Below, piece by piece: positions 1-12,699 of a DNA stretch of 64,000 nucleotides. A program made the position numbers and the translations under genes. This DNA comes from Octopus vulgaris. Lineage: Eukaryota. The stretch spans positions 211,854,001 to 211,918,000 of the forward strand of contig OX597815.1 of NCBI GenBank assembly GCA_951406725.2, read 5' to 3'. The notes under the pieces are model-generated. The model made no database searches. It worked only from the letters and a program-made list of their open reading frames with translations, and was not told the origin of the DNA. How positions within the stretch are numbered: position 1 is the first letter of the stretch; each line of letters begins with the position of its first letter.

Positions 1-104
1 AAGGGGTGCGTATTATACACAAGGTTTAGATTTTTCAGAGGTACAGCTCCCTAAAATCCCCTGCGTATTATACTTAAGGGCGGACTATACTCGATGATTT
101 ACGA
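1..104. mobile_element. Right end of pogo/Tigger-like MITE (cut by window start)
   Basis: Matches the last ~100 bp of the elements at 4085-4595 and 31709-32231, ending ...TATACTCGATGATTTACGA followed by TA. Confidence 0.75.
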
Positions 105-417
105 TATACATAAAATAAATATGTCTTTGATCATACGTCAGTTCGAGGAAGACTGCTTTTCGGTTAAACAATAGGAACAACACGTATTACTAATACGTGT
201 CGATAAAATAAGTACCAGTTACACACTGGTTCCATGTAACTGAATAGCCCCCTACCCAAAAAATTCAGGACTTGTGCCAATAATAGAAAATATTGGCGAT
301 TTAACAAACATTAGCGCGCCGGGCGAAATGTGATCGATTTGCCCACTTCCTGAACTTACTGGCCTTGTGTCAAAATTTGAAGCCAATATTTTCACCTGGT
401 TGAACAACCATTCTTAA

Positions 418-635
418 TCCTTTAGCATTTAAACCGGCCATATTCGGCCGAAATATTGTACCTATTTTACGTTCAAACCGGCCAAATTCCTTCCTCTCGC
501 ACCCACCCTACGAAGTCATTCTAAAAATAACCACATCATCAAAATCTTGGAGCCAAGAGGATAATGCATGACTAGTTCAAAACAATGTGAATATGTAAAT
601 ACTACATTTGAAAGAGCCACCTAACTGCTAAAGGG
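418..635. mobile_element. piggyBac-like MITE
   Basis: TTAA|TCCTTTAGCA ... TGCTAAAGGG|TCAA: short TIRs with CCC/GGG-type ends and a degenerate TTAA target duplication. Confidence 0.6.
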
Positions 636-805
636 TCAAAATCAATCCTCATGGTGGTTTTTAATTGAGACGTCCCGCCAAGGTCATGGGCACAGTTTCA
701 TTTCCTGGCTCCGTATTAATTGAAAACGAAAATGTCTTCTCACGGCGTGGGTTTAATTCTGGGTCTGTTACTTACATACGTCTTTCATACGTCGTCGTCG
801 TCAAC

Positions 806-809
<4 letters not shown>

Positions 810-838
<29 letters not shown>

Positions 839-966
839 ATAGTAGTAGTAGTATTAGTAGTAGTGGTGGTGGTGGTGGTGGTGGTGGTGGTGACGGTAGC
901 GGTGAAACCGAATACTATTAACCGTGGTGATTATGATAGTAGTAGTAGTACCAGCAGCAGCAGCAG
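810..966. repeat. Compound trinucleotide microsatellite (GTC/GCA/GTA/GTG)n
   Basis: Directly visible; explains the poly-Val/poly-His ORFs 665..1045 and 854..1138. Confidence 0.9.
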
Positions 967-1239
967 AAGTTGTAATGACATCGTTCTTGAAGTACAAATG
1001 GTAATTCCATTTTATTGCTTTTATTGCGATTGTTTGTGCTCGTAGAGGGTGGTCTTTCTTATCTCTGCTGTTTAACACTTCATTGAAACGTCTTATATCG
1101 CGGTTTTTTAGCCCCAGGTCAGCGCTGATAGAGCACACCTATGATCCAGCTGTCCCCATTTAGAATTTTCTTTTTTCTTTTTTCCTTTCTTTTTTTTCAG
1201 ATTGTATATTATTTCTTACCTCCTTTTTTTTATCTTCAA

Positions 1240-1331
1240 CTAGCAGTAATACCCGTCGTTGATCGGGTAATTACTTTTACTCTTTCTCGGGAGCCACATT
1301 TAAAGTGTTATTATATATAGAGAGAGAGAGA
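1240..1331 (-). mobile_element. Very short Helitron-like derivative
   Basis: CTAGCAGTAATACCCGTCGTTGATCGGG resembles the 3' hairpin+CTAG end of the family at 1481; TATATATAGAGA resembles the 5' TC end. Confidence 0.45.
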
Positions 1332-1480
1332 TTTATGCCTCCTGTATGTGTGTATGTTATAAGAAAAACAAAAAGACTATAATAATTGAAGTAGAAAAAT
1401 GATTAATTTCAAACACAGACTTCTGTTTGTTTATTATATGACGATAATAAGTGAGTTACATGTGTTATTTTATATAACAA

Positions 1481-1781
1481 CTAGCAGAATCGCCCGGCGT
1501 TGCTCGGGTTTGTAAGGGAAATAACTATATAAGCATTTTAAGAGAGTTACTTCCCTTATATAATAGCAAAAATGCATTAAAAATGGGACAAAATTATGGT
1601 AAATTTTTTTTTAAATCGTAGACTCATCGTAGACGCGCGCTAATACCCAGAAGGGCTCGATATGAATCACGACTATAAGATACCCGCTTTTTGGTTACAC
1701 TGCACCGCAAAATGTGGGAGTAGTTAGGAATCTAAATCGTAGGAGACAGACAGCACACAACTTCACTTTTATATATAAAGA
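1481..1781 (-). mobile_element. Non-autonomous Helitron
   Basis: Minus strand begins TCTTTATATAT and ends CCCGAGCAACGCCGGG hairpin + CTAG, sits between A and T, no TSD; near-identical copy at 21595-21987. Confidence 0.8.
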
Positions 1782-2011
1782 TACAGTAATGGCAATTATA
1801 TAATACACAAGGCTTTGGTCGAACCCAAGACGACATGGTTGGAAAACAAGCTTCTCAACCACATAGCCACGCTTATAAAGAAGAGGTATATTTTGGATAA
1901 TAAACTCCTTGATACAATATGCTTAACAAAAAGATGAAATGTTTACGACGACAAGACCATTGATTTTAATATTTACTCGAGCAACACAACAACTGACAAC
2001 GCTACACCATG

Positions 2012-2477
2012 CAGGGTGTTCCAGAATTAACTACCTTTTTCGGTGAAATTGAGCAAATTTAAAAAAAACTGACAGAATTTTGTTTATCACCAAAACAAAT
2101 AGACTTATAAATCTTACGTTACGCTCTTATTGAAAATTTTCAACGTGTCTCTAGCTCTGCATATTTCAAATCTCTCCTTAGAGTTGGGAAACACATTTTG
2201 AAGCATTTCAGGGGTTAGCTCCTGCACTGCTAACTGAATGTGTTCTTCAAGCTCAGCTCCATCTTGAGGATGAAGGTAAAGAAAATGATTGCTGCCAAAT
2301 TGAAAAAAAAAAGAAGCTGTCATGGACAAATAAGAGGGGTCCAACAGGAATGAAAATAAAATTATAAACAAAATTCAAAATTTATACACTTTTAACGCAT
2401 ATTAAAATAGATAAAACTGAATTTTAAACAAATGCATCCGATTTCACTCAAATTATCATTAATTGTGGGACACCCTG
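2012..2477 (-). mobile_element. Tc1/mariner-superfamily deletion derivative with transposase C-terminal remnant
   Basis: TIRs CAGGGTGTTCCAGAATTAA / TTAATTGTGGGACACCCTG followed by TA; ORF 2114..2371(-) has ELEEHIQLAVQELTPEMLQNVFPNSKERFEIC, resembling the helical C-terminus of Tc1/mariner-type transposases. Confidence 0.65.
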
Positions 2478-3324
2478 TATTTACTCGTCGGACTAAACGG
2501 GGCATGGAACACAGGAGAGGGGACTAGTTGCATGTGGCGAGCGTAGCTTCTGGAAGTGGCCACGCGGTCAAACTCAAATGGCTGTGAGTCACAACAGCAG
2601 TTTGTTTGTTTGTATGAACATTTTGCATTATAAAGTTCAGACATGGATGACATAGAAAGCAGACATGCAAGACTGGAAACGTGAAACGTCAACAGGGCAC
2701 TTCTGGGGAATGGATGAATGGGTTTATTGTACTTTTACCCAGCCACACACACGCGCGCGCACATGGCCCGGTGGTGCGCGGAATGGTAACATGAAGCATC
2801 AACAGGGCGCTGACAAAAATGTTAATGTTCTTCTCATTTCCTCTGCCAAATTGGACAAAAAGGTTTACATGAAATATTATACGCTACTTATAATTCATAA
2901 GAAGTGTCAATGTTTTATCGTCAGAAAATGGCATAAAACAAAGATAAAACCCAGTGCAGTATACTCAAATCTGATTAACTTGTATTTTGTGGGGAGGAGG
3001 GGCCACAGTCGGCGTCGGAAATATTTTTTAGTCAACAGCTTCATTAATGTTTGTTGCAAACTTGGAGTAAAGCGACTGGATACTCTTCAAGTTATGGGCC
3101 TTAATGCTGCGAAAATGCTTTAAAAAAATGCGGTTTATGTGTCCCTGGTCCCACATTAGGCAAGAAGTTGAAAAGGGTTTTGGCCCATGACACTCCATGG
3201 ATCCTATGTAATGCATGTGTAAAATTTCATTAAAATCGGTTGGGTGGATCTCGAGTTTTAACAACATAACAAACACACAGACAGACATACATCGTGTGTT
3301 TTATATATAGATTGTTTTAGCTAT

Positions 3325-3667
3325 TGGACCGAGGCCACACTGGGACACTACCTTGAATAAACCGATCCAACTACTTATTTTTAAACCTGATGCGTACTGT
3401 ATCGGTTTGTATTGCCGGACCACTAAGCCACAGAGACGTAAACAAACCACCACCCGTAGTCAAACGATGGTGGGGAAAAACACGAAGACACACAGACATA
3501 TGACGGGCTTCCACATAGTTTCTGGCTATCAAATTCACCCACAAAGCATAAATCGGCCCGGGGCTATCAATAGGAGAGACCTGCCCAAAGTGCCGTACAG
3601 TAAGACTGAACCTGAAACCACGGAGTCGTAAAGCAAGCTTCTTGACCCACAGCAATGCCAGCGCCTA
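3325..3667 (-). mobile_element. tRNA-derived SINE, family B (diverged)
   Basis: Reverse-complement similarity to the copy at 29143-29565. Confidence 0.7.
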
Positions 3668-3932
3668 TTTAGGACCATATTATCAAAATGGTCGTTTTAC
3701 TTAAGACGGTTAGGCCGTGATATGAAGGACGTTTACCTGCTATTTCTAGCAGCTCGGGTCGCTACGTAAATGCACACTTTCGTTATGAAACAAGGTATCT
3801 GAGAATAACGATTGCTGTTATTATTCTTATCGTTGCTAATTCCAACGAGATCGACTTTGCATTTCATTTTTCGGTGTATTAAAATAAGTCCTTGTTAAAT
3901 ACTGGGGCCGATGTAATCCATTAGCCCTATCT

Positions 3933-4605
3933 CAATTTGTGTAGCTAGGTGGAGGCGGTAGGGGCAGTCCGCCCCGGACAACACTTTAAAAGGAGCACCA
4001 CTTTTGGGTGTGCTGTAGGCAATGTATGTTTTTTGTAGGGGCGGTAAACGGAAGGACTGCTCGGGACGGTACACACTCTAACTACCGTAAATCCTCGAGT
4101 ATAAACCGCATTTTCCCCCGAAATCTAAAGGTCAAAATCCCTAGTGCGTCCTATATACGCGGTTAAAAATGAAAATTATTTTCTAAGCAATGTCCGAGTC
4201 TCTATTTGCTGTCCGGCAATGTTTATTCAGACGCATTTTGTGATGTCGGGCGCGAAAATACCTTAAGCTAAGCCTGAAGGCAATGAAGTCATAAAAGAAT
4301 CATCCATAACTTGCAATAAGCAACATTTATTAAACGTTATTACTGTTATTTCTTTATTTTCTGCAAACAAAATGCACAAAAAAGCTAAACGTTTGCATTA
4401 TGTTATATATACAATAATAATAAAGGACGTTACCGTATACATTTTTACAAACCAAGAACGTTATATAGACGTCCTTGACTCATGTTAGAGAAGGGGTGCG
4501 TATTATACACACGGTTTAGATTTTTCAGAGGTACAGCCCCCTAAAAATCCCCTGCATATTATACTCAAGGGTGGACTATACTCGAGGATTTACAGTACGC
4601 TAGTG
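3933..4605. mobile_element. hAT-like MITE interrupted by a pogo-like MITE
   Basis: Degenerate TIRs CAAT..GTAGCTAG / CTAACTA|CGCTAGTG (right TIR split by the nested insert); flanks CCTATCT / CCTATCC; lies inside a SINE-A body. Confidence 0.45.
4085..4595. mobile_element. pogo/Tigger-like MITE
   Basis: TA|CCGTAAATCCTCGAGTATA ... TATACTCGAGGATTTACAG|TA; TA target duplication; paralogue at 31709-32231. Confidence 0.85.
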
Positions 4606-4666
4606 CCTATCCCGCCAAATTTTTTAGTCCTTGTGCCTATGATAGAAAGGATTATTATTCTTGGTA

Positions 4667-4875
4667 AGGCGTTGAACTGGCTGAATCGTTAGCATACCGG
4701 ACAAAACAGCATTTCGTCCGTCTTGCCGTTTTGAGTTCGAATCCCGCTAAGGTGAACTTTGCCTTTCATCCTTTTGGAGTTCAATAAAATAAGTACCAGT
4801 TGAGCGCTGAGGTCGATGCTATCGACTCACCCGCTTCTCCGAAATTACTGGCCTTGTGCCAAAATTTGAAACCAT
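4667..4875 (+). mobile_element. tRNA-derived SINE, family A
   Basis: GGCG..CTGGCTGAATCGTTAGCA head, GAGTTCGAATCC B-box, GCCTTTCATCC core, (ATT)n tail. Confidence 0.7.
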
Positions 4876-5158
4876 CATTATTATGATTATTATTATTGTT
4901 TTTGTTGTAATTGATGATGAGGATGATGGTGGTGGTGGTGGTGGTGATGATGATGCTGGTGATTATGATGATGTAGTCTAGACCCAGATCAGTCCTGATG
5001 AGCTAACCATACATCTATTATCAAAAGCATTCCAGCCGCGACGATTCCGTGTCAGTTTTAGGCATAGTTTAACTAGGTCTGGGTTTTCTAGTTGAACCCA
5101 CTATTTTTGAGAGCATGCGCTGAGATGCATTACGGTTGTAAGGTAGTGGCGACGGAAA

Positions 5159-5207
<49 letters not shown>

Positions 5208-5406
5208 GGTGGTGGTATTCGTCTTCGTCGTCCTGGCCCAGCGTCTTAATACCCTCCAAAACGAGAGAATGTACTCGGAATTTGGATATGGCGAAATTAT
5301 TCCTACCTTATGGGTTATCTAAACATAGTCAGCCGACCAAGGGCAACTGGTGCGACTAACGTTGCCACCCACACAAAAAGAGATATGCGGTTGTGTATAT
5401 GTGTTC

Positions 5407-5408
<2 letters not shown>

Positions 5409-5448
<40 letters not shown>

Positions 5449-5476
5449 AATGAATGTATATATATGCATACCTATA

Positions 5477-5517
<41 letters not shown>

Positions 5518-5649
5518 ATATATATATATATATAATGAATGTATGTATGCATACCTATATATATATATATATATATATAATGAATGTATGTATGCATACC
5601 TATATATATATATATATATATAATGAATGTATATGTATGCATACCTATA

Positions 5650-5684
<35 letters not shown>

Positions 5685-5704
5685 ACACATATTTACATAT
5701 ATAT
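5409..5704. repeat. (TA)n-based microsatellite with a repeated ATGAATGTATGTATGCATACC motif
   Basis: Directly visible. Confidence 0.9.
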
Positions 5705-6105
5705 GTGTGCGTGGATGTGTGAGGGAGAGAGAGAGTAGAAGGCGAATGAACGCATGCTGGAATTAGGTGGAGTGGGAATGATTTAATAAGTAGACAGAAT
5801 CCTCAATTGTATGCACTCATTCTAACAATCGTTGTTACAGTCCTCATCCCCACCATCATCCCCACCATCACCACCATCGTCTAAACTATATGTTAGATCA
5901 TAAGCAATGTAAACATTGGATCAGAGAAACATAAATCAAGAGATACATGTTTTAATAAATATATGTTATAAGCCGGCGAGCTGGCAGAAACGTTAGCACG
6001 TCGGGTATTTCTTCTGTATTTACGTTCTGAGTTCAAATCCGCCGAGATCGATGGTGCATTTCATCCTTCGGAGGTCGATAAATTAAGTACCAGTTTTACG
6101 CCTTG

Positions 6106-6373
6106 GGATCTTTGCCTTTTGACGCACAGATTTTTTTTTTTAATTTTGTAACTAAACATTTTCAAACTTCGGACACTGGGAGAATGTGTCATATAAAACA
6201 TATTTCACTCTTAGCATTTTTGAGAAAAACTTATATTTACGAAGTTATTTCACGTTAAAGTTGTCCTATTTCGGTAATTTCAACCAATGAATGACGTGTA
6301 TTCAGCTGAATAAAATTACTGCTGTTGCTTGTCAACAAGAACTTCCGGCGGTGTATATTTCGTTTGTCACTGC
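6106..6373. mobile_element. Truncated GGATC-terminus MITE (second family)
   Basis: Starts GGATCTTTGCCTTTTGACGCACAG; resembles the left half of the MITE at 35460; its TGACGTGTATTCAGCTGAATAAAATTACTG segment recurs near 44062, 48273 and 51692. Confidence 0.55.
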
Positions 6374-6768
6374 TAAGAGTAAAAGATTATATCGACTCCA
6401 ATCCTCAAAGGGTCCTTATTTTATCGACCCCGTAAAGGATGAAAGGCAAAGTCAAATTCGGCGGAATTTGAACTCAGAACGTAAAGATGGACGAAATACC
6501 GCTATACTCGAAATACTGGTTTCAAATTTTGGCACAAAGCCAGCAAGTTTGGAGAGGTGGTAAGTCGATTACATCGACCCCAATCTTCAACTAGTCATTA
6601 CTTTATCAACTCCGAAAGGATGATAGGCAAAGTCGACCCTGGTGGCATTTGAACTCGAAACGTGAAAACGGACGAAATGCCGCTAAGCATATTGTTCGGC
6701 ATGCTAATGATTCTGCCTAATCGCTGCCTTTCTAAGCTCGAAATATTAACAAGTTAAAAGTAGAATCG

Positions 6769-7061
6769 TGGTGCACATGGCCTAGTGGTTAGAGCAGCGA
6801 ACTCGCGGTCGAGGGATCGCGGGTTCGAATCTCAGACCGGGCGTTGTGTGTGTTTATAAGCGAAACACCTAAGCTCCAGGCGGTACCGGCAGAAGGTAGT
6901 GGAAAACTTCTGACTCTTTCGCCACAACTTTCTCTCACTCTTGCACCTTGCAGCTCAACTGCGACGGACCGGTGTCCCGTCCAGGTGGGGAACCTATATG
7001 CCAAGGAAACCGGGAAACCGGCCCTCATGAGCCAGGCGTGACTCGAGAAGGAACAAACAAA
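6769..7061 (+). mobile_element. tRNA-derived SINE (family C-like head)
   Basis: TGGCCTAGTGGTTAGAGC A-box and GGTTCGAATC B-box followed by a non-tRNA body and (ACAA)n tail. Confidence 0.75.
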
Positions 7062-7589
7062 AGTAGAATCAACTAATTACGAAAGACTACTCGGGATATA
7101 TTTTACATTTATTGACCATTGACTAATTATCTGCTTTTTCTCTCAGTGGATATTTGATTCCAGTTTAGCTTTTACATGCAACCAGCTTTAAATATGCTTT
7201 CATTCGCTCACCTATATTTTATCATGTTGATGGCGTTTCATAATTAGACTGAAAGAGTCTGCTTATTCTCAGGTAGTCTGTAAATATTATATCCAGCGCC
7301 TCATATTCTCAGACTAAGAAAGAAAAAAAAAAAGGATCAGTGTTTATGTGGCGATAAATGTATAAGACTATGCGAGATCCACTTTAGGATTATTTTTGTT
7401 TTGTTTTTTTTTCTTTGCTGTGAGTTTTTTTTCTTTTGATAAAGCTCTTATAACTGGCGGGAGGGATACCTTACCGGATGTGTTGAAATTGAGAGCGGGA
7501 CGCGAAAAGAAAAGAAATGGTAGAAGCAGCTAGAGAGGCAACGTTGTGTTTATGATAGCGCAATGGGGATGGAGGGTGATCTTATATAT

Positions 7590-7643
7590 GCGTATATATA
7601 TAACTGTGAGTGTACACGCACGCATATATATATATATATATAT

Positions 7644-7681
<38 letters not shown>

Positions 7682-8099
7682 CTATATATATATACATATA
7701 TACATATACACATACACATATATCCATATACATATATACGTATATATATACATATATATATATACGTATATATATACATTTACATATACATATACACATA
7801 TACATATATATATACATATATATATATATACATATATATACATACATATATATATACATATATATATACATACATATATATATAATATATATATATATGC
7901 ATACATATATATATAATATATATATATATGCATACATATATATACATATATATACATATACATATACATACATGCATATATATACATACATGCATATATA
8001 TACATACATGCATATATATACATACATGCATATATATATATGTATATACATGCATATATATATATACATACATACATACATATATACATACATATATAT

Positions 8100-8132
<33 letters not shown>

Positions 8133-8175
8133 CATACATAAATATATATACATATATATATAGATATATATGTAT
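7590..8175. repeat. Long (TA)n/(TACA)n low-complexity tract
   Basis: Directly visible; source of many spurious YI/HT ORFs. Confidence 0.95.
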
Positions 8176-8525
8176 ATTATGCATTTATGTATCTGTGTTG
8201 GCGTATGTATGTAAATACATATACGATGATAAGATAGGGATAAATTTTCCAGCCGGGTACAGCACTAAGACTCAGATAACCGCATCGAGTGGTAATGAGC
8301 ACCTAGGATTACTTAGGGTGAGCAGTCCTACCGTAATTCATCCGATGGGTAAATCCTGGGTTTACTTCACTGGGTTATGAATATTTTCGGGAGTGACAAT
8401 TACAATAAATGCGGAGATTGGTACACCTGCATATTTTTTTAATTTTTTATAGTTAATTAAACGGTATAATAAACGTATTATGCTGTATGCAGATGTACCA
8501 ATCTTCATATTCATATTCATAATAG

Positions 8526-8526
<1 letters not shown>

Positions 8527-8618
<92 letters not shown>
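8527..8618. repeat. (TG)n microsatellite
   Basis: Pure dinucleotide run. Confidence 0.95.
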
Positions 8619-8619
<1 letters not shown>

Positions 8620-8620
8620 A

Positions 8621-8843
8621 CAGTAATCCCTTGGCTATCGTGGGTGTTACGTTCCAAAAAACCCCGCAATAGGTGGAAATCCGCGAAGTAGAAACAGTGC
8701 TGTACTGAATATTTACTTCTTTATTTTTATAATTTGTATGTATTTATTTTACCATAAGTGCAAAGCAACACCACAGAAGAATCGACGTAAACCTAAAGAA
8801 TAAACCACGATAGGTGAAGCGCGATATGGCGAGAGAATTACTG
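8621..8843. mobile_element. Tigger/pogo-like MITE (CAGT termini)
   Basis: CAGTAATCCCTTGGCTATCG ... CGATATGGCGAGAGAATTACTG|TA; second copy at 13595-13798. Confidence 0.75.
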
Positions 8844-8903
8844 TATATCATCATCATCGTTTAACGTCCGTTTTCCATGCTAGCATGGGTTGGACGGATG
8901 TAT

Positions 8904-8942
<39 letters not shown>

Positions 8943-10675
8943 CAAGCACGCGTAGACATGAACACATATATGTCTCCCACACACACCACAGACATACACA
9001 CACATGCACACACACACTCATACACGCGCGCACGCACACATACATGCACACGCATACATACAGACGCACGCGAACACACATGAATGCATATATACCTCAC
9101 ATATACCTCCCACACACGACAAACACACAACACGCACATACATGTTCACATACAACATGCATATACATGCGCACACAAACGTACACACACGCACACACAC
9201 TCACGCACATATACATACGCACACTCACCCGTACGCGCACACATGCACAGGAAGGATCTAGTTTTTTTTTCATTCGCAAAATATGCATTTTTTAAAAGAC
9301 AGTAAAAATCTGAAAATCGGCTGTAATAATGTAGCCTTCCAGTCTCATTGCTTTGAAGGTATAATGTTGTTGAAAAAACAAATGGAGATAAAAGTTACAG
9401 AGGTTTAAAAATCGAAAAGACTGTTTATTTTTAGCCAATAGCGAGACAGAAATTTTCTGCGTTTAGCGGGGCGGAGTCAACTTTTAGGTTGTACCCTGTG
9501 AAATTTAGAGTTTAACGTCTCACCTATTCATTGTAAGTTTCTAAATAAACAGAAATACATAATAAAATCAACATGTATCATCTTACTCTTCCTTTTGTCT
9601 CTTCATTGATTGTTTGGTTCTATTATTTTTTTAATTTGTTATATTAATATATTTGTTTGCATGTGTTTACTTTATGCGTATTTCAGTATTATGTATTCCT
9701 GTCATGTTTTTGTGTACATCGTTAATATATAACCGCATGTGCATGTATGTATTCATATATAAGTTTATATGTACATTCATGCATTCATGTGTGTGTATGT
9801 GTGTGTGTGTGTGTGTGTGTATGCGATGGGAGCTTCTGTCTCCAAAACTCCAAAGTAACGTTTTCATGCTTGGATTTGTAAACTACAATAGGAATAACAC
9901 TGGTCAACAAAGAATTTGTCTCAAGGAAAAGAATACCTGTATCCTATACGTTTTTGCATGCAGAATTAAAAAATGTCAAATTATCTGTATCACCCACAGT
10001 TTCTCTGTTCCACGATATCCCTCTGAGTTCCTGTTACGTGGACTAAATTTCAGTTAGGCTGTTGAAATGTGAAGCTAACGGTTTAAGAAATAATCCTAAT
10101 TTAAATTTTTATGAACGGAATAATGAAATCATAAATCCAGCTATCTGAGTCAATGAGTCCTAAAAATATATGAAATAAAAAATATGTAAAAATACTAACA
10201 CACAAAAAAGTACAGTGAAATACTAACACACAGAGAAATACTAAGAGAAATACTAACACACAGAAGCCCAGAAAATATGCAATATACTAACACACACAAA
10301 AATTAAAACAAAACACGCGGGTGAAAAGAATCTCGTGGTGTAAAATATCAACATAGACAGCAGCGGCACAAACAATAGTGATAACAAGCTGCTAATGCCA
10401 CGGTGTCTGTTGATGGCTAAAATTACCCAAATTCCCCAAATTTAATACCAAATAATATCATATTCTTTAATTTACAAGATAAATTAATTGGTTGATCGTA
10501 ATCAGAGTTGCACCGATACACCAAAACTGAAAGCAATCTGAGCAAAATTAAGCGGGGTTTATTTTGCGAATGAGAAAGACTAAATCCCACAAGAATGCAA
10601 ACGTACCTAACGCACACAACCCCCCCACCCCCCACACACACACATATACATATATTGGACTTTCCTCTGACTCCT

Positions 10676-10710
10676 GTTTCTGAAGAAGAGCTTTGCTCGA
10701 AACGTAAAAC
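10676..10710 (+). ncRNA. Minimal type I hammerhead-ribozyme-like motif in a Penelope-like terminal repeat fragment
   Basis: GTTT-CTGAAGA-A-GAGC(TTT)GCTC-GAAA-C-GTA-AAAC: helix I GTTT/AAAC, CUGANGA core, helix II, GAAA, GUA triplet. Confidence 0.55.
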
Positions 10711-11543
10711 CACATTTCTTTCCTTCCCAAAGCGTCTGCTAATCCTTTACATCTACCACGTCCTAACGTTGTTGTTTTTTGTGTTTGTTCTTCATTTTTT
10801 ATTTACTATATATATATATATATATATATATATTGCCCTTGCTCCCTTAATATAATTATGTACATATATATAAAATAATTTAATATATATATATATATAT
10901 ATCCTCTCTCTCTCTCCTCTCTCTCTCTCTTCCTTTGCTTCTCTTTCTTTTCTTTTCTCTCTTCTCTGTCACGTGACTGCTGGCTGAAATCTGCCTTTCA
11001 GCTTCTGACCATCGTCACGTTAACATCGTTGTTTTTCGTCCGCCGCTATAAAGGCTCCTTCCAATGCGCCAGAGAAAAAATTTGTTTGCTTGTTATCAGT
11101 CGTAAGACACTTGTTGTTTTCACCGTTAATGCTTCTGTATTTCATGTTTCTGTATTCCATTATTGTTTTTTATATCTGTCCCTTTTGCTGTCCTGGTGTT
11201 CGTATGCATTCGATCCTTCTTCCAGGAAATCTACGCTTCCAGCTTAGTTTTTCTAATGCTCGTTGCGTAGTTTTTCTTGGAGGGCTGGCCGTGATCTAGT
11301 AATCTCAAGATTAATCAGCCGAAATTACTACGATGATCCGGTTCTTGACTGAAGACTGAGGGTTTCGAATGTCCTGTCCGTGTTTATTGTATCGTCTTCT
11401 AAGAGTTATACGTTCTTGTCCATGTTGTATTTTTCTACATACCTTAATATATATATATATATATACATACATATATAAACACAGATATACATAAATATGC
11501 ATGCTTGTATATCCATGTGTATACGTCTATATGAGTCTACATA

Positions 11544-11853
11544 TCTATTATATAAAATCCGTTCTGTTTGTGTGTCTTCTAGGATCTCGTGCATCCTCCA
11601 TCTGATTGCGCTCAAATTTGATATGTAGATACCGACGGTATCAGGGCGTGTAAAAGTCTTGACAAAATTACAAAAATCGATTCCAGGTGAGAATGCGATC
11701 GATAAAGCCGTAGGAACGTGCATTTGTACGCGCAAGTACATCAGCTGTTGCGATCGATACTACGCGTACGAGAGAAAAATGCACGTGCAGTTTACGCAAA
11801 AAAGCCGGCTGGCTTGAAATAATGCCACAAAAGGAGACGGTCGGGCAAGTTGC
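11544..11853 (+). mobile_element. Probable Helitron-like element (diverged)
   Basis: Begins TCTATTATATAAAATCCGTTCTGTTTGTGTGTC, a Helitron-type 5' end; 3' end degenerate. Confidence 0.4.
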
Positions 11854-11918
11854 TTTGAGAAAATTTGGTTTAAATGTTTGACAACTCAGCACCGTCCATT
11901 GGACGGGGGCGTTTTGCT

Positions 11919-11985
<67 letters not shown>

Positions 11986-12071
11986 AAGGGTGAAAAGGAA
12001 CACACGAGTTGATATATATGAAAAAACAAGTCAAAATAGAAAATGCTAAAATAATTTTATAAAGAACATTT

Positions 12072-12109
12072 CAGTACCGGTTTCGGTCATTTTGAGACCT
12101 TTTCAACTG
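12072..12109 (-). ncRNA. Hammerhead-like motif with U3-A8 core variant
   Basis: Minus strand CAG-TTGAAAA-GGTC(TCAAAAT)GACC-GAAACCGGTA-CTG: helix I CAG/CTG, helix II GGTC/GACC, palindromic ACCGGT helix III, GUA triplet. Confidence 0.5.
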
Positions 12110-12397
12110 TAACTATTAAATAATTAAATTTAGAAAAATTAGAAGAAAAGTTTTTTTAAAGGAATATTTGTATAGTAGCGTTCAAATATAAGTGGCATTC
12201 TGCCTTTCTCTGACTCCCTTGTTTGCACTTGTGTGTTCGAGGTCGTATAAATGTTCTTTATAAAATTATTTTAGCATTTTCTATTTTGACTTGTTTTTTC
12301 ATATATATATATATTTATATATACACATGTACATGTGCATACAAGCATATGTGTATCTACACTATATACTTATACATATATATGCATATAGATAATT

Positions 12398-12505
12398 GCA
12401 TGCATGCATGCATACATACATACATACATACATACATACATACATACATACATACATACATACATACATACATACATACATGCATGCATGCATGCATGCA
12501 TGCAT

Positions 12506-12584
<79 letters not shown>

Positions 12585-12699
12585 TACATACATACATACA
12601 TACATACATACATACATACATACATACATACATACATACATACATACATACATACATACATACATACATACATACATACATACATACATACATACATAC
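12398..12699. repeat. Compound (CATG)n(CATA)n(CA)n(CATA)n microsatellite
   Basis: Directly visible. Confidence 0.95.

Noticed and set aside
6769-6842. Additional tRNA genes (also ~24870-24944, ~27239-27310, ~40925-41000)
   Set aside because: A/B boxes are present but acceptor stems are poor and they run into shared SINE bodies, one with a TSD.
7530-8380. Long ORFs rich in YI/HT/VC (also at 5.3-5.8, 12.2-12.8, 16.5-17.1 and 55.0-55.6 kb)
   Set aside because: Translations of stop-free microsatellites, open in several frames on both strands.
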